Assembly: GCA_011364905.1 (NCBI GenBank)
Contig: RDNZ01000022.1
Location: 1-47,069 of the forward strand
DNA length: 47,069 bases
Reading direction: 5' to 3'
DNA from: Candidatus Thorarchaeota archaeon
GTDB lineage: Archaea > Asgardarchaeota > Thorarchaeia > Thorarchaeales > Thorarchaeaceae
Below, one piece after another: positions 36,489 to 45,632 of the stretch (position 1 is its first letter; each line of letters starts with the position of its first letter). The notes beneath the pieces were generated by a model that made no database searches, was not told where the DNA came from, and saw only the letters and a program-made list of their open reading frames with translations. Made by a program: the position numbers and the translations under genes.

Positions 36489-37603
36489 CTCTCTTGAGTA
36501 ATGACATCTCTACACACCTTCAGGCTCTTTTCCACACTGGTTTAATCACCGGATATATTCAATCAAGACTTGCTGAGGGTTCCCTTAAGACTGGTTGGAT
36601 CGAGCAGGGTCTTCTTTCAAAAGGAATGAAAGGGAATCTTCGTGATAAACACAATCAGGAGTTTCTCACAATTCCTGCTGATAGATTTGCCAGATTAGCA
36701 CGGGACTGTGGCGACGCAGAAGGTGTTTCATTAGCAGTACTCGGACCTAAGGGAATATCTTCAGCCAAATTTGTAGCTATGGTTTTCGGGACATCTGGAT
36801 CTCAAACTCTCATTGCTTTCCAAATTCAAAAGAGCCTGCTTGGAGACATAGTCCAACTTTTGCTGAAGGCTCTCGGAAAGAAAGCGACTCGAAACTCGGA
36901 GGATGCAAATTTGGATTATATTGAGCAGCTCAGACTTGACGCTACTGAGGGTGCCGTGAAAGAAGCAGTTGTTTTGTCACTCCCCAAGAAACAAGAGAAA
37001 ATATCGGGATGGATGAAAGATGCGTTACTGGGTCCTTCTTCTGACAGTATTGAATTCCAGCATGGCGATACCAATAAAATCACGAAATTTGCTGCTTTAG
37101 TCACTCGGTGGCTATCAGGTCTTGAACTCTTCAAGACTACAAACAATGCGATAGCTGCTCTTCTATTCATTGGCCGAGAAAACACTGAGGCATGCTTTTG
37201 GGACCAACCTCAGAGAATCGCCGCATTCACCTCATTTCATGACTTGAGTTTGCAATCGATTTCTCTCAAATATCTGAATCCACTCTGGATTGTCCCTGGG
37301 GAGAGTCTAGTGCCTTCTCGACCGGCTCGAGAAGTTACGGTTGAACCGATGAGACCCAGCGTTCGTTCCGAGGAATCATCACCAACATCCCAGCAGGAGC
37401 AGGTTCTAGATGCTCTCGCAAGAAGACTCGACTCATTAGAAACACGTTTGTCTTCATCTGTTGGGGATGTTGATACCGGTGGAAAAGACAGAGGCAAAAT
37501 GGACCTTCTGCAAACAAAATTATCTGAGAACATTGAGAGAATTGAATCTCTGTCTAAAAGGCTAAACGAGATTGAAGCGAGATTGAAGAAGATTCGTACC
37601 TGA
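36485..37603 (+). CDS. Hypothetical protein with Pro/Ser linker and C-terminal coiled coil
   Basis: GTGA overlap with the upstream gene; heptad repeats at the C-terminus. Confidence 0.75.
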   Translation: MTLLSNDISTHLQALFHTGLITGYIQSRLAEGSLKTGWIEQGLLSKGMKGNLRDKHNQEFLTIPADRFARLARDCGDAEGVSLAVLGPKGISSAKFVAMVFGTSGSQTLIAFQIQKSLLGDIVQLLLKALGKKATRNSEDANLDYIEQLRLDATEGAVKEAVVLSLPKKQEKISGWMKDALLGPSSDSIEFQHGDTNKITKFAALVTRWLSGLELFKTTNNAIAALLFIGRENTEACFWDQPQRIAAFTSFHDLSLQSISLKYLNPLWIVPGESLVPSRPAREVTVEPMRPSVRSEESSPTSQQEQVLDALARRLDSLETRLSSSVGDVDTGGKDRGKMDLLQTKLSENIERIESLSKRLNEIEARLKKIRT

Positions 37604-37621
37604 GTTGGATGTGCCTTACAT

Positions 37622-37873
37622 ATGAACCCTAATGATGAACTCGCACAGGAAATTCGTAAGCTTGAGAAAAAAATCCAAACTCTTGAACGAATAGCAAACA
37701 GCGGAAGCAACATTACTGCCTTGACTGATTCTGAACGTGTTTCACAAATTCTCATGCGAATAAACGCAATTCAAAACCTTGTTGATCAAGTGGAGATAGA
37801 GATTGATAAGCTTGAGATGAGGGTGTCAGCAATAGAACACATGGGATTCAGATTCAGAACTAGTGGTCAGTAA
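37622..37873 (+). CDS. Small coiled-coil protein
   Basis: Two heptad-repeat helices; last gene of the + strand run. Confidence 0.7.
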   Translation: MNPNDELAQEIRKLEKKIQTLERIANSGSNITALTDSERVSQILMRINAIQNLVDQVEIEIDKLEMRVSAIEHMGFRFRTSGQ

Positions 37874-40511
37874 CACCTTTTGTCAAGTTGTCTATAAGAC
37901 TCATGAAATAAGCTGAAAAAGACTGTGAGGAAAATGACTCAATTGGAATCACTCGGGCCTGCAATCCTTTCAGTACTCTCAGACTACTCTTCATGTCTCC
38001 ATTTTTTCCAAGAGTGAGAATATCTAGCTGATATCTATCGAATTCGGAAACTGCTCTGAGAAATGACAGATGCTCCTCATCATATACCCCAACCTCACTA
38101 CCGAGGACAAGAGCAATTGTTGGTCTATCTTCTCCAAAGTCCTCCAGATATTCAGCTACGGATCTGTATGCACCTGATATATTCTCGTGACCATCCGATT
38201 CTTCAATTGCATCAAGTATTGAATATATCAGAGAGATGAGAACCTCTTCAGATTGCATATCTTCAAAGAATTCAACATAGGATTGAACCTCATTCCCTCT
38301 TTGAATCGAGAATTTCTCAGGCGTGTTTCCAAACGTAACCAATGCAAAGCGCCCGTCACTTCGATTATGTATTAAGGTGTTTACAACTGACAGTGCAATT
38401 AATGCTGCAATCTGTGACCGTGAAGTTGTCTTTCGCAGCCCTTTGAGGAACTGGTCTAACTCCGGTACTTTTTCGGTTAATGAACTGAGTTGGGTTCTTA
38501 CCGTATGCATTGTCTTCAGAGTCACATCTTTCGTCTTCATCTTCATTCCTTTTGAAACGCAAAGAATCATGTTGAACTCCCTGAAAGCTTGTTGAGGCCT
38601 CAGTTGAGCTGACACCTCTTTGATTCTTCCAATTTGTCCCGACTTTAATTGCGGTTCAGTGCTTTCCAATAAGAGATTGACTTCGTTCTTTTCGCTGCCT
38701 ACACTAAGTTGTGAGTCTAATCCAATAAGAGTTCCATCAATTGCACGCCGAATGTCACTTTCATGTAGATGAATAAAGGATGCAAGTTCTCCATTGTCAT
38801 AGTTCTGCGGCGCACTATATGACAGAATGGCCTTTGAAATGTTCACGACTTCATCTTCATATTTTACTAGATTGACCACTGATGCGTCTTGAAATCCAAA
38901 AAGTGCAGAATCAGATTCAGACACAACAATAGATCTCTCACGGCATCTGGAGTGGTGCTTAGCTTCTCCAGCGGCCCACTTTCCAGTACTTGAATCTAGG
39001 GCTAGGACATAGTCCCCCGACGAAACTGCAAGCGCGGTCATGTCATTTTCACACATTAGAAATACACCCGGCTTGGATTTTGCAATCTCAACTCCAAAAT
39101 GAAGTGCAGATAGTATTTCTTTAGGATTATCCAACTGAAGACAGGTTAGAAGTGCTTGGTCAAAGTGTGTCAGCTGAGCTGGAGAGCTATAGACCGGACC
39201 CTCAAGCTTGGCATTCGCGCGGACCAATGTGTCCAGCAGCACTCCATCTCTTGTAACAAGGCTTTCTGAGAATGCATCTCTCCAACCAGACACCATTATG
39301 GAGCCATTCTTTTCAAGCAATAGTGCCAGGCTCGTCGCCTTGGGATTTGTTGGATGTTTCAATGTCAAAACCGCACTATCTAGATGAACTAGTCCCCCGT
39401 CATTGTCAACCATGTAATCAAGTGAAACAACACTAAGAACTTTGCGAGCATCCAAGATCTGTAAAATTCTAGCAAGCTCATTCATGGCTGCTTTTCCAAG
39501 GCCCTCCTCTGCTGCCACTGAAGTAGCGTTTTTCTCGTAAACAAGAAAGGTTGGGCGAGGTGGAAGAATTGACAACATGTTGCCACCCAAAACACGCTGT
39601 ATCTCTTCTGGTTCCGCTGCAAGGTTCCTACTTAGAAGGTAGCTAAAGACTTCAGATATGCTGTCACCGAATTGGGTTTCAGGATATGCTGACGCAAACA
39701 TTAGTCTCCTTGACCAATTGATATCACTCTGGTTCTTTCGCATGTGGCGAATGAGTGTTGATAGTGAAGATATTGTTGCACCTGATGTCAGGACCCTACT
39801 ACCGGGAACTTCAAGAAGACGCGTTATCTCTTTGCCCCATTGCTTGTGGCTTGTGGTTGAAAGAACAAGGTTTGGCGTTTTGAGACCTGCTTGCTTGAGG
39901 AGAACAAGCCATTCTAGCAATTGGTTCAATTCTGATGGAGGCCCAAGCTGAATAAAGATCGGTTTAGCAGCCTTCAAACCTTCTATGAGGTCTTTCCTGT
40001 TTGCTCCTTTTAGAATATGCGGAAGATCCCTCGCTCCTAATACACATCCCCAGCCCTTCTCTGTTCTCCTATCCTGTCGCATATCCTGAAGGTGCAGTAC
40101 CCGAGGACTGAAAGGGGGGACGGTTGCCCATCTATAGATTGACTCTGCATTTGCATTCTGTTGGAGCTGTGGAAGCATGGTATTTCCCAGACCTATAAGA
40201 GGGCTTACCACTAAATAATCCACAATCCAGCTTGTTTGGGACGGCGTTCCAGAACCATGATAGAATTCACTGAGTAATTTTGGCATTCGAAGATAGTCGT
40301 AGGCTCTTCTTGGTATGTACTTGAAGGCGCCTGGATATTGCGATGAAAAATCATGAAGCTGGTTTTCAACCATGTTATAATATGAAAAGGCTCTGTCCGG
40401 ATCAAAAGTGCGTATATTGGCGCCTGCACGGACTATTCCCAAGTGAGCGGCACCGTCGACGACAACAAAGCGGTGTATCTCATTTGCTTCACTGTCTTCG
40501 ACAACTATCAT
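37860..40511 (-). CDS. Fusion: inactive amidohydrolase-like region + CDC48-N-like + degenerate vWA
   Basis: Colinear similarity first to 40649..42163 (QRVLGGN, SLD.M) and then to 42234..43532 (FN..LC...MKT.DV, PE...FL, SR...AA). Confidence 0.82.
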   Translation of the reverse strand: MIVVEDSEANEIHRFVVVDGAAHLGIVRAGANIRTFDPDRAFSYYNMVENQLHDFSSQYPGAFKYIPRRAYDYLRMPKLLSEFYHGSGTPSQTSWIVDYLVVSPLIGLGNTMLPQLQQNANAESIYRWATVPPFSPRVLHLQDMRQDRRTEKGWGCVLGARDLPHILKGANRKDLIEGLKAAKPIFIQLGPPSELNQLLEWLVLLKQAGLKTPNLVLSTTSHKQWGKEITRLLEVPGSRVLTSGATISSLSTLIRHMRKNQSDINWSRRLMFASAYPETQFGDSISEVFSYLLSRNLAAEPEEIQRVLGGNMLSILPPRPTFLVYEKNATSVAAEEGLGKAAMNELARILQILDARKVLSVVSLDYMVDNDGGLVHLDSAVLTLKHPTNPKATSLALLLEKNGSIMVSGWRDAFSESLVTRDGVLLDTLVRANAKLEGPVYSSPAQLTHFDQALLTCLQLDNPKEILSALHFGVEIAKSKPGVFLMCENDMTALAVSSGDYVLALDSSTGKWAAGEAKHHSRCRERSIVVSESDSALFGFQDASVVNLVKYEDEVVNISKAILSYSAPQNYDNGELASFIHLHESDIRRAIDGTLIGLDSQLSVGSEKNEVNLLLESTEPQLKSGQIGRIKEVSAQLRPQQAFREFNMILCVSKGMKMKTKDVTLKTMHTVRTQLSSLTEKVPELDQFLKGLRKTTSRSQIAALIALSVVNTLIHNRSDGRFALVTFGNTPEKFSIQRGNEVQSYVEFFEDMQSEEVLISLIYSILDAIEESDGHENISGAYRSVAEYLEDFGEDRPTIALVLGSEVGVYDEEHLSFLRAVSEFDRYQLDILTLGKNGDMKSSLRVLKGLQARVIPIESFSSQSFSAYFMSLIDNLTKGVTDH

Positions 40512-40648
40512 TCCATGAGTCTCCAGAATTACCTATACCAACGTCAACGGAAGTCGATATATGCATAGTGCCTATTTCTATGCAAATTGCATCAACGAAA
40601 GAATACTTTATCACTTATGTGGGACAAACACCATTTTGGAGGAACTGA

Positions 40649-42163
40649 GTGTTTATGCTCATTGTGCGAGCTGTTGAAGACCAACCCAATCGCGGCATAA
40701 AGAAAGGAGATGAGTTTTCAATCTATATAGTGGATGCTCACCACCATATGGGTCGTGAGAAAGGGCATAAGAACACGCCAGCTGGAGCATACGAATTCTA
40801 TGCTCAGCTCTGGTTCGAAATTCAAAAAAGAGTTAAGGGGCTTTTAGAAGAAGACCGTCTTCTATTTGAACCAGTTGGCATTGAAGCGCCAGAATTAGCT
40901 GTTCACCTTTTTCGAAGCAAAGCCAGTTGGTCAAGACTTGATCATGGTTGGCTCGTTGACCGCACAATCGTCTTTCCTTACTCAGATGACTATTCAACTC
41001 CCTCAGAAAAAGGTAAACCATCTTTTGAAGTGTCGAATGATAAAATATCATCCTGGACCGCAAGAGCACCTCATTCCTCACGATTGATTGGTTTTGCACG
41101 TGTCAATCCACTTGATGGGTATCATGACGGTTCTCTCGTTGCAGTCAAGGAGCTTGAAAGAGCTGTGTTATCTCTTGGACTTCGTGGTCTCAAGCTCCAT
41201 CCTCTCGCGCAGCTTTTCGTTGATTCCATAGATAAGAGTGAGCCTCGTGAGGTGGTGAAACGAGCTGGAGAGCTGGGAATCCCAGTTATCTTTGACACGC
41301 GAAATATGCGCACAGTGGTACGAATCAAACGTCTTGTTGATTCGATGAGAAATGATCCTGATTGTGGATCAGCAATGAAAGGGCTCAAAGTGATAATGGC
41401 GCATTGCGGTATGGCTCCAGGTGATTCTCGTCTTTATGAAGCAATGAAAGACCCTGCGATTTTTGCAGAAACATCAACACTTCACGATAGGGATGTTCCT
41501 GTCCTTTTTGAAACCGCAATTGACCGGCTTAGCGCACCAAACATGGAATGGTCAGAGAAGATTCTCTTTGGGACCGATTTCAGTTTTCTCTCCGTTCAAG
41601 CTTTGGATGTCATACTCTTCTTGCTTTCTCGAGACTTCAGGGGGACTTTGACTGATGCACAAAGAGTACTTGGCGGCAATGCCCTCTCTATAATTAATAG
41701 GCCATTTCGAACCTCAACTGGTAGTTCTGGAGCACCAACAGAGTTTGTATGTAAGGATAGTTCATTTGCAGTCCAACATGAGCTCGAGAATAAGGTCGTT
41801 TCTCTCATATCAGAAGGTATGTGGGACTTGTGCTCGCTCGATTTCATGATTCCTCCAATTGGGACGTGGCCTGCAATCGATAGTAAAGCTAGCGGAGGAT
41901 TCAACGGCATTGATATGAATTCCTATGTTCTTACATTGTCGTCAAAGGAAAAGCCTAAGGAACTTCATTTCTGGGTGAGAAGGCGTCCAAATGATTACTT
42001 AAGTTGCGCATTACTACCGACACAAGGCATGACTCGATTAGATACACTGGAAAACGCTTCTCAAAAAATGGATCAGGTTTTGTTGAGATCGATTTCAGAC
42101 TATTCGGAAACACTTCAGTCTTCTTCAGATTTTCAGGTTCGTGTAATGGACATTCTCAGGTGA
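40649..42163 (+). CDS. Amidohydrolase-2 family metallo-enzyme with C-terminal extension
   Basis: VDAHHHMG, RLIGFARVNP, GLKLHP, MAHCG, ILFGTDF, LGGNA. Confidence 0.88.
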   Translation: MFMLIVRAVEDQPNRGIKKGDEFSIYIVDAHHHMGREKGHKNTPAGAYEFYAQLWFEIQKRVKGLLEEDRLLFEPVGIEAPELAVHLFRSKASWSRLDHGWLVDRTIVFPYSDDYSTPSEKGKPSFEVSNDKISSWTARAPHSSRLIGFARVNPLDGYHDGSLVAVKELERAVLSLGLRGLKLHPLAQLFVDSIDKSEPREVVKRAGELGIPVIFDTRNMRTVVRIKRLVDSMRNDPDCGSAMKGLKVIMAHCGMAPGDSRLYEAMKDPAIFAETSTLHDRDVPVLFETAIDRLSAPNMEWSEKILFGTDFSFLSVQALDVILFLLSRDFRGTLTDAQRVLGGNALSIINRPFRTSTGSSGAPTEFVCKDSSFAVQHELENKVVSLISEGMWDLCSLDFMIPPIGTWPAIDSKASGGFNGIDMNSYVLTLSSKEKPKELHFWVRRRPNDYLSCALLPTQGMTRLDTLENASQKMDQVLLRSISDYSETLQSSSDFQVRVMDILR

Positions 42164-42233
42164 CGCCAACTCACAATTCTTTATAACAATAAAGTTGGAG
42201 ACTCTTGATAAAGGACTAGAGGAGGCAAAAACC

Positions 42234-43532
42234 ATCACCAAAAAATTAGCCTTGGAAATAATAGATGGAGGCGACCTAAGAGGTTTTGCTAACATTAATC
42301 CCAAGATTGCCAAGAAACTTGATGCTGACATTGGCTCTATTGTCATTTTTGAAGATCCACAGAGTAGTTTTTGGGGTGCCGCTGAAATTAGAAAAAGCGA
42401 CGATACGCCAGAAAACGCTATTGTCATTGATACGCTAGTCCTTGAAGCTTCACTATTAATGGAAGGCGATCAAGTAGAGGTCACGCTTTATGATGAAGAT
42501 ATGCTTGCATTGGAATATGTGGAGTTTGGATTGAAACCCTTGACTGAAGACGCAAACACAGAAGATCTTGTTACCAGGGCAGCTGAGAGAGTCAAAGGAT
42601 TGGAGAACATTATTGGTGGTCGGTTAGTATATCCTGGCATGTCCTTCAATTGGCCAGAACTCGATGTAAAGGTCGAAATAATCAGTACAAAGCCTGAATT
42701 GGCAGGGAAGAGTTTTGCGAAGTTGGCATTTGAGGCTCTTCGTGAACGAACTGGTTACCAGTTCAAAACAGTGGGAATTGCAACTCCCTTCAATGCAGTG
42801 CTCTGCATTGATACAAGTGGATCCATGAAGACAACTGATGTTCCTGTTCAGGACATTGCACACGCTCGCGAGGGTCTGAAAGACCTTGCTGGAGATAGCC
42901 CAGAAGTCCAAGCCTTTCTCAACAGATTCGAGGAGGGTAAGAATGTCAGTCGCGCCGAGGCGGCAGCAATGGCTGTGTTGCTTTACTTGGCAGAGAAAGT
43001 GGGTCGTGGTTACGGCGAAAAGGTCGGAGTAATCACCTTTGAAAAGGAAGTCAGCGAAATGACATTTCTAAACTCTGACACAGGTGAAGTTCAGCCTTTT
43101 GTAGAGTGTACAGGCAGAGAGAAAGCCTTGGGCCTGCAAATCATAAGTACTCATGTCGTCGATAAGGTCGAAGAGGGAGGTACACTCACAGATATGGGCA
43201 CAGCTCTCTCCAAGGCACACGAAATAATGGACGAATTTGGGGACCCTGACAAACCCACTATGCTCATCATGCTAACAGACGGAATGACCACTTCTGGACC
43301 TCCGCCGCTCAAGATACTAAGAGAAAAATTCACTGAGCGAAATAAACTGGTTATTTATTCAATCGGACTGGGCGAGCGAAGTGAGATAGATGAAGAGCTG
43401 ATGCTGGCCATAGCTCAATATGGAAATGGTAGTTATCGTCACGTTGACAATATGAGGGATCTCCTTGAATGGTACGGAAAACTTGCCGGGGAGTTTGCTG
43501 TGGTTATTCGAGGCTCTGAGCACCCGGTTTAG
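42234..43532 (+). CDS. CDC48-N-like domain plus vWA protein with intact MIDAS
   Basis: A.INP.IA.KL...G..V and IVID.......L.EGDQVEV double-psi barrel pattern; DTSGS, TDMG.AL, LTDG, SIGLG. Start is ATC 42234 (after GGAGG) or TTG 42195. Confidence 0.85.
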   Translation: MTKKLALEIIDGGDLRGFANINPKIAKKLDADIGSIVIFEDPQSSFWGAAEIRKSDDTPENAIVIDTLVLEASLLMEGDQVEVTLYDEDMLALEYVEFGLKPLTEDANTEDLVTRAAERVKGLENIIGGRLVYPGMSFNWPELDVKVEIISTKPELAGKSFAKLAFEALRERTGYQFKTVGIATPFNAVLCIDTSGSMKTTDVPVQDIAHAREGLKDLAGDSPEVQAFLNRFEEGKNVSRAEAAAMAVLLYLAEKVGRGYGEKVGVITFEKEVSEMTFLNSDTGEVQPFVECTGREKALGLQIISTHVVDKVEEGGTLTDMGTALSKAHEIMDEFGDPDKPTMLIMLTDGMTTSGPPPLKILREKFTERNKLVIYSIGLGERSEIDEELMLAIAQYGNGSYRHVDNMRDLLEWYGKLAGEFAVVIRGSEHPV

Positions 43533-44674
43533 TCACGAGGTTCAAGAGCTTGAGTGAGGCCTTTCAAGGTTTCTAGGTCCATTTCCTGTATTTGATCCTC
43601 TGGGATTCCCTCAAGCATTACTTCTGGTATGCTAATTAAAAGCTCAGCCTTTTCTTGCCCGTACTTGTCGATGAAGGTCTGCATTCTTGTATCAGCTTCT
43701 TCCTCTACAGGTTCAGGCTCAACCTCTTCTGGTTCGCTCTCAGAAGTTGATGACAGAAGGGCTTCAAGTTCTTCAACGCTTAAGGTGGCTAGTGTTTCGT
43801 CACCAACCTCCTTACGAACTTCTGCTGGGAGTTTCTCAATCAACTCTTCTTGAGCCGTTAGCGATTTCTTCCTCTTTACTTTCTTTACCTTACGAACCTT
43901 GACCTTCTTCTTTTTCTTGGGTGCCTCAGATGGAATTGCGACCTTAAGTTTCTGCACGAGTTCTCTGGCCGATGAAGGTGTTAGACGTCTGAGATCTTCT
44001 GGAGGCAATGTGCTTAGTATTTCATCTGGCAACTCACTGAGAATTTCATCTATTTCGTCGGAAGATCCTCCCGCTTTAGAAGTCTCAACACTAGCTGCAG
44101 CTCCTTCTGAAAGGAGAATTGGGGTCCCTTCTAATTCTTCCTCAAGTGAGGCGGTGTCAATCTCAATATCAAAGTCTTTTCCGCGCCAGTTGTTATAATG
44201 ATCAATTGCAGATGGCTTCATTTTAATTCCTGTAAGGAACTTGTTAATGTCTTCGTCTATCATATCCGGAAAGTTATCAATGAGCTTCTCGATTTCATCA
44301 TCGGAAATACGCGCCCAAATCGGACCATTCAACAATTTTGATAGACCAGCGGCACAATGTGACCGCACCCATGGGCTGGAATCTTTTAAACCTTGGATCA
44401 TAACAGGAATTGTCCTCGGTTGATGATAAAATGCAAGTGCTTGTGCTGCGGCAATCCGTACATCCTGCACGTCATCTGAGAGGGATTTGACAATATCAGT
44501 TACTACAGTGGGATCCGCCAAGTCGATTGCCGCAATTAAGGCTCTTTCCCTGACGATATCTGATGGATCTGAGAAAGCTTTGATTAGTGCAGCTCTTTCT
44601 GCTTTACTCTCTCTGGCAAGTCGCCCTACCTCCTCTGTTTCGAATTCCAACAAAAGACTCCTTGTCTTTGCCAA
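43529..44674 (-). CDS. HEAT/PBS-lyase repeat protein with acidic repeats and a polybasic tract
   Basis: D....VR..A repeats (DPSDIVRERA, DDVQDVRIAAAQAL, DSSPWVRSHCAAGL); PKKKKKVKVRKVKKVKRKK. Confidence 0.85.
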   Translation of the reverse strand: MAKTRSLLLEFETEEVGRLARESKAERAALIKAFSDPSDIVRERALIAAIDLADPTVVTDIVKSLSDDVQDVRIAAAQALAFYHQPRTIPVMIQGLKDSSPWVRSHCAAGLSKLLNGPIWARISDDEIEKLIDNFPDMIDEDINKFLTGIKMKPSAIDHYNNWRGKDFDIEIDTASLEEELEGTPILLSEGAAASVETSKAGGSSDEIDEILSELPDEILSTLPPEDLRRLTPSSARELVQKLKVAIPSEAPKKKKKVKVRKVKKVKRKKSLTAQEELIEKLPAEVRKEVGDETLATLSVEELEALLSSTSESEPEEVEPEPVEEEADTRMQTFIDKYGQEKAELLISIPEVMLEGIPEDQIQEMDLETLKGLTQALEPRD

Positions 44675-44873
44675 GAGTACTCCTCCATGACGAGCTCAGT
44701 TTAGTCTACTTTTTTGCTGTAGTAACGTATAGCTTACTATCTTAATAGCATTAGGTGGGCGAATGTTGTCGCCTACTTATATCAGTTGGCACTACATATA
44801 CACTATTCTCCGATGAATTGTATACCGGAGTAGATTTAGGTCAGAAAATATGCAGGTTGATTGGGCGCCATAA

Positions 44874-45632
44874 ATGACAGACGACCAACAAACACAGTGG
44901 CTCAGACTAATTCTTTTCATGGCTGCAATGTTCCTACTTACATTGTCAGCTGAACTCTTGAACATCTTCTACTTCTTTCTCATGTTCATAGTCACTTGGG
45001 TCTTTGTGGAATGGGAGGGTAGCGGTTCCATAGTAAAATTGGGACTTGATGTTGACAATCGATCTGGTTTTCGTTTTATCATAGGCGTGTTGGTAGCAGT
45101 CTTGTCAGTAGGCTTGGTCACAGCGATAGCATTCTTCTTTGGTGGTCAGCTTCGTCCGATGAGTGAGATAACGCCCGATTGGATGACTGTGGTGATTACT
45201 AACGCTGTGTTGTTTTCATTCATTGAGGAATTGACTCATCGCGGTTACATCTTAACAAGGGCGGAGAAGTTGGTTGGACGTGGATTGGCCATCGTTCTTA
45301 GTTCGCTGTTCTTCTCTGTTCTTCATTTCAGCTGGTGGGGGCTGGCTGGTTTCAACATACTACTAATTTTTCTATTCTCACTAAACATGTTCCTAGGTGG
45401 AGTTGTTTTGTCGTTTAGCTACTATTGGGCTGGTCGCTCACTCTGGGCGCCAATCGGATTTCACTTCATGTGGAACGTGCTTGCATACACACTGTTTCCT
45501 TCGTTCCCTGAAACACCAGTGATTCGACCTGAGATCTTCCAGATAGAATGGGGACTCACTACCGTCATTGGATTTCTGTTTGCATTGTCGATTCTTTGGG
45601 GAATCCTTGCCACCAGAGAAAATAAGGAATAG
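44874..45632 (+). CDS. CPBP (CAAX/Abi) intramembrane glutamic metalloprotease
   Basis: EELTHRG, FSVLH, SLWAPIGFHFMWN; multi-TM. Confidence 0.92.
   Translation: MTDDQQTQWLRLILFMAAMFLLTLSAELLNIFYFFLMFIVTWVFVEWEGSGSIVKLGLDVDNRSGFRFIIGVLVAVLSVGLVTAIAFFFGGQLRPMSEITPDWMTVVITNAVLFSFIEELTHRGYILTRAEKLVGRGLAIVLSSLFFSVLHFSWWGLAGFNILLIFLFSLNMFLGGVVLSFSYYWAGRSLWAPIGFHFMWNVLAYTLFPSFPETPVIRPEIFQIEWGLTTVIGFLFALSILWGILATRENKE

Noticed and set aside
37622-37873. SNARE-like call for the small coiled-coil protein
   Set aside because: No transmembrane anchor and no convincing continuous SNARE-length helix with a zero layer
34190-44674. Interpreting the vWA cluster as a MoxR/chelatase, Ter or anti-phage locus
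   Set aside because: No AAA+ Walker motifs, kinase/phosphatase, nuclease or mobility genes in the cluster
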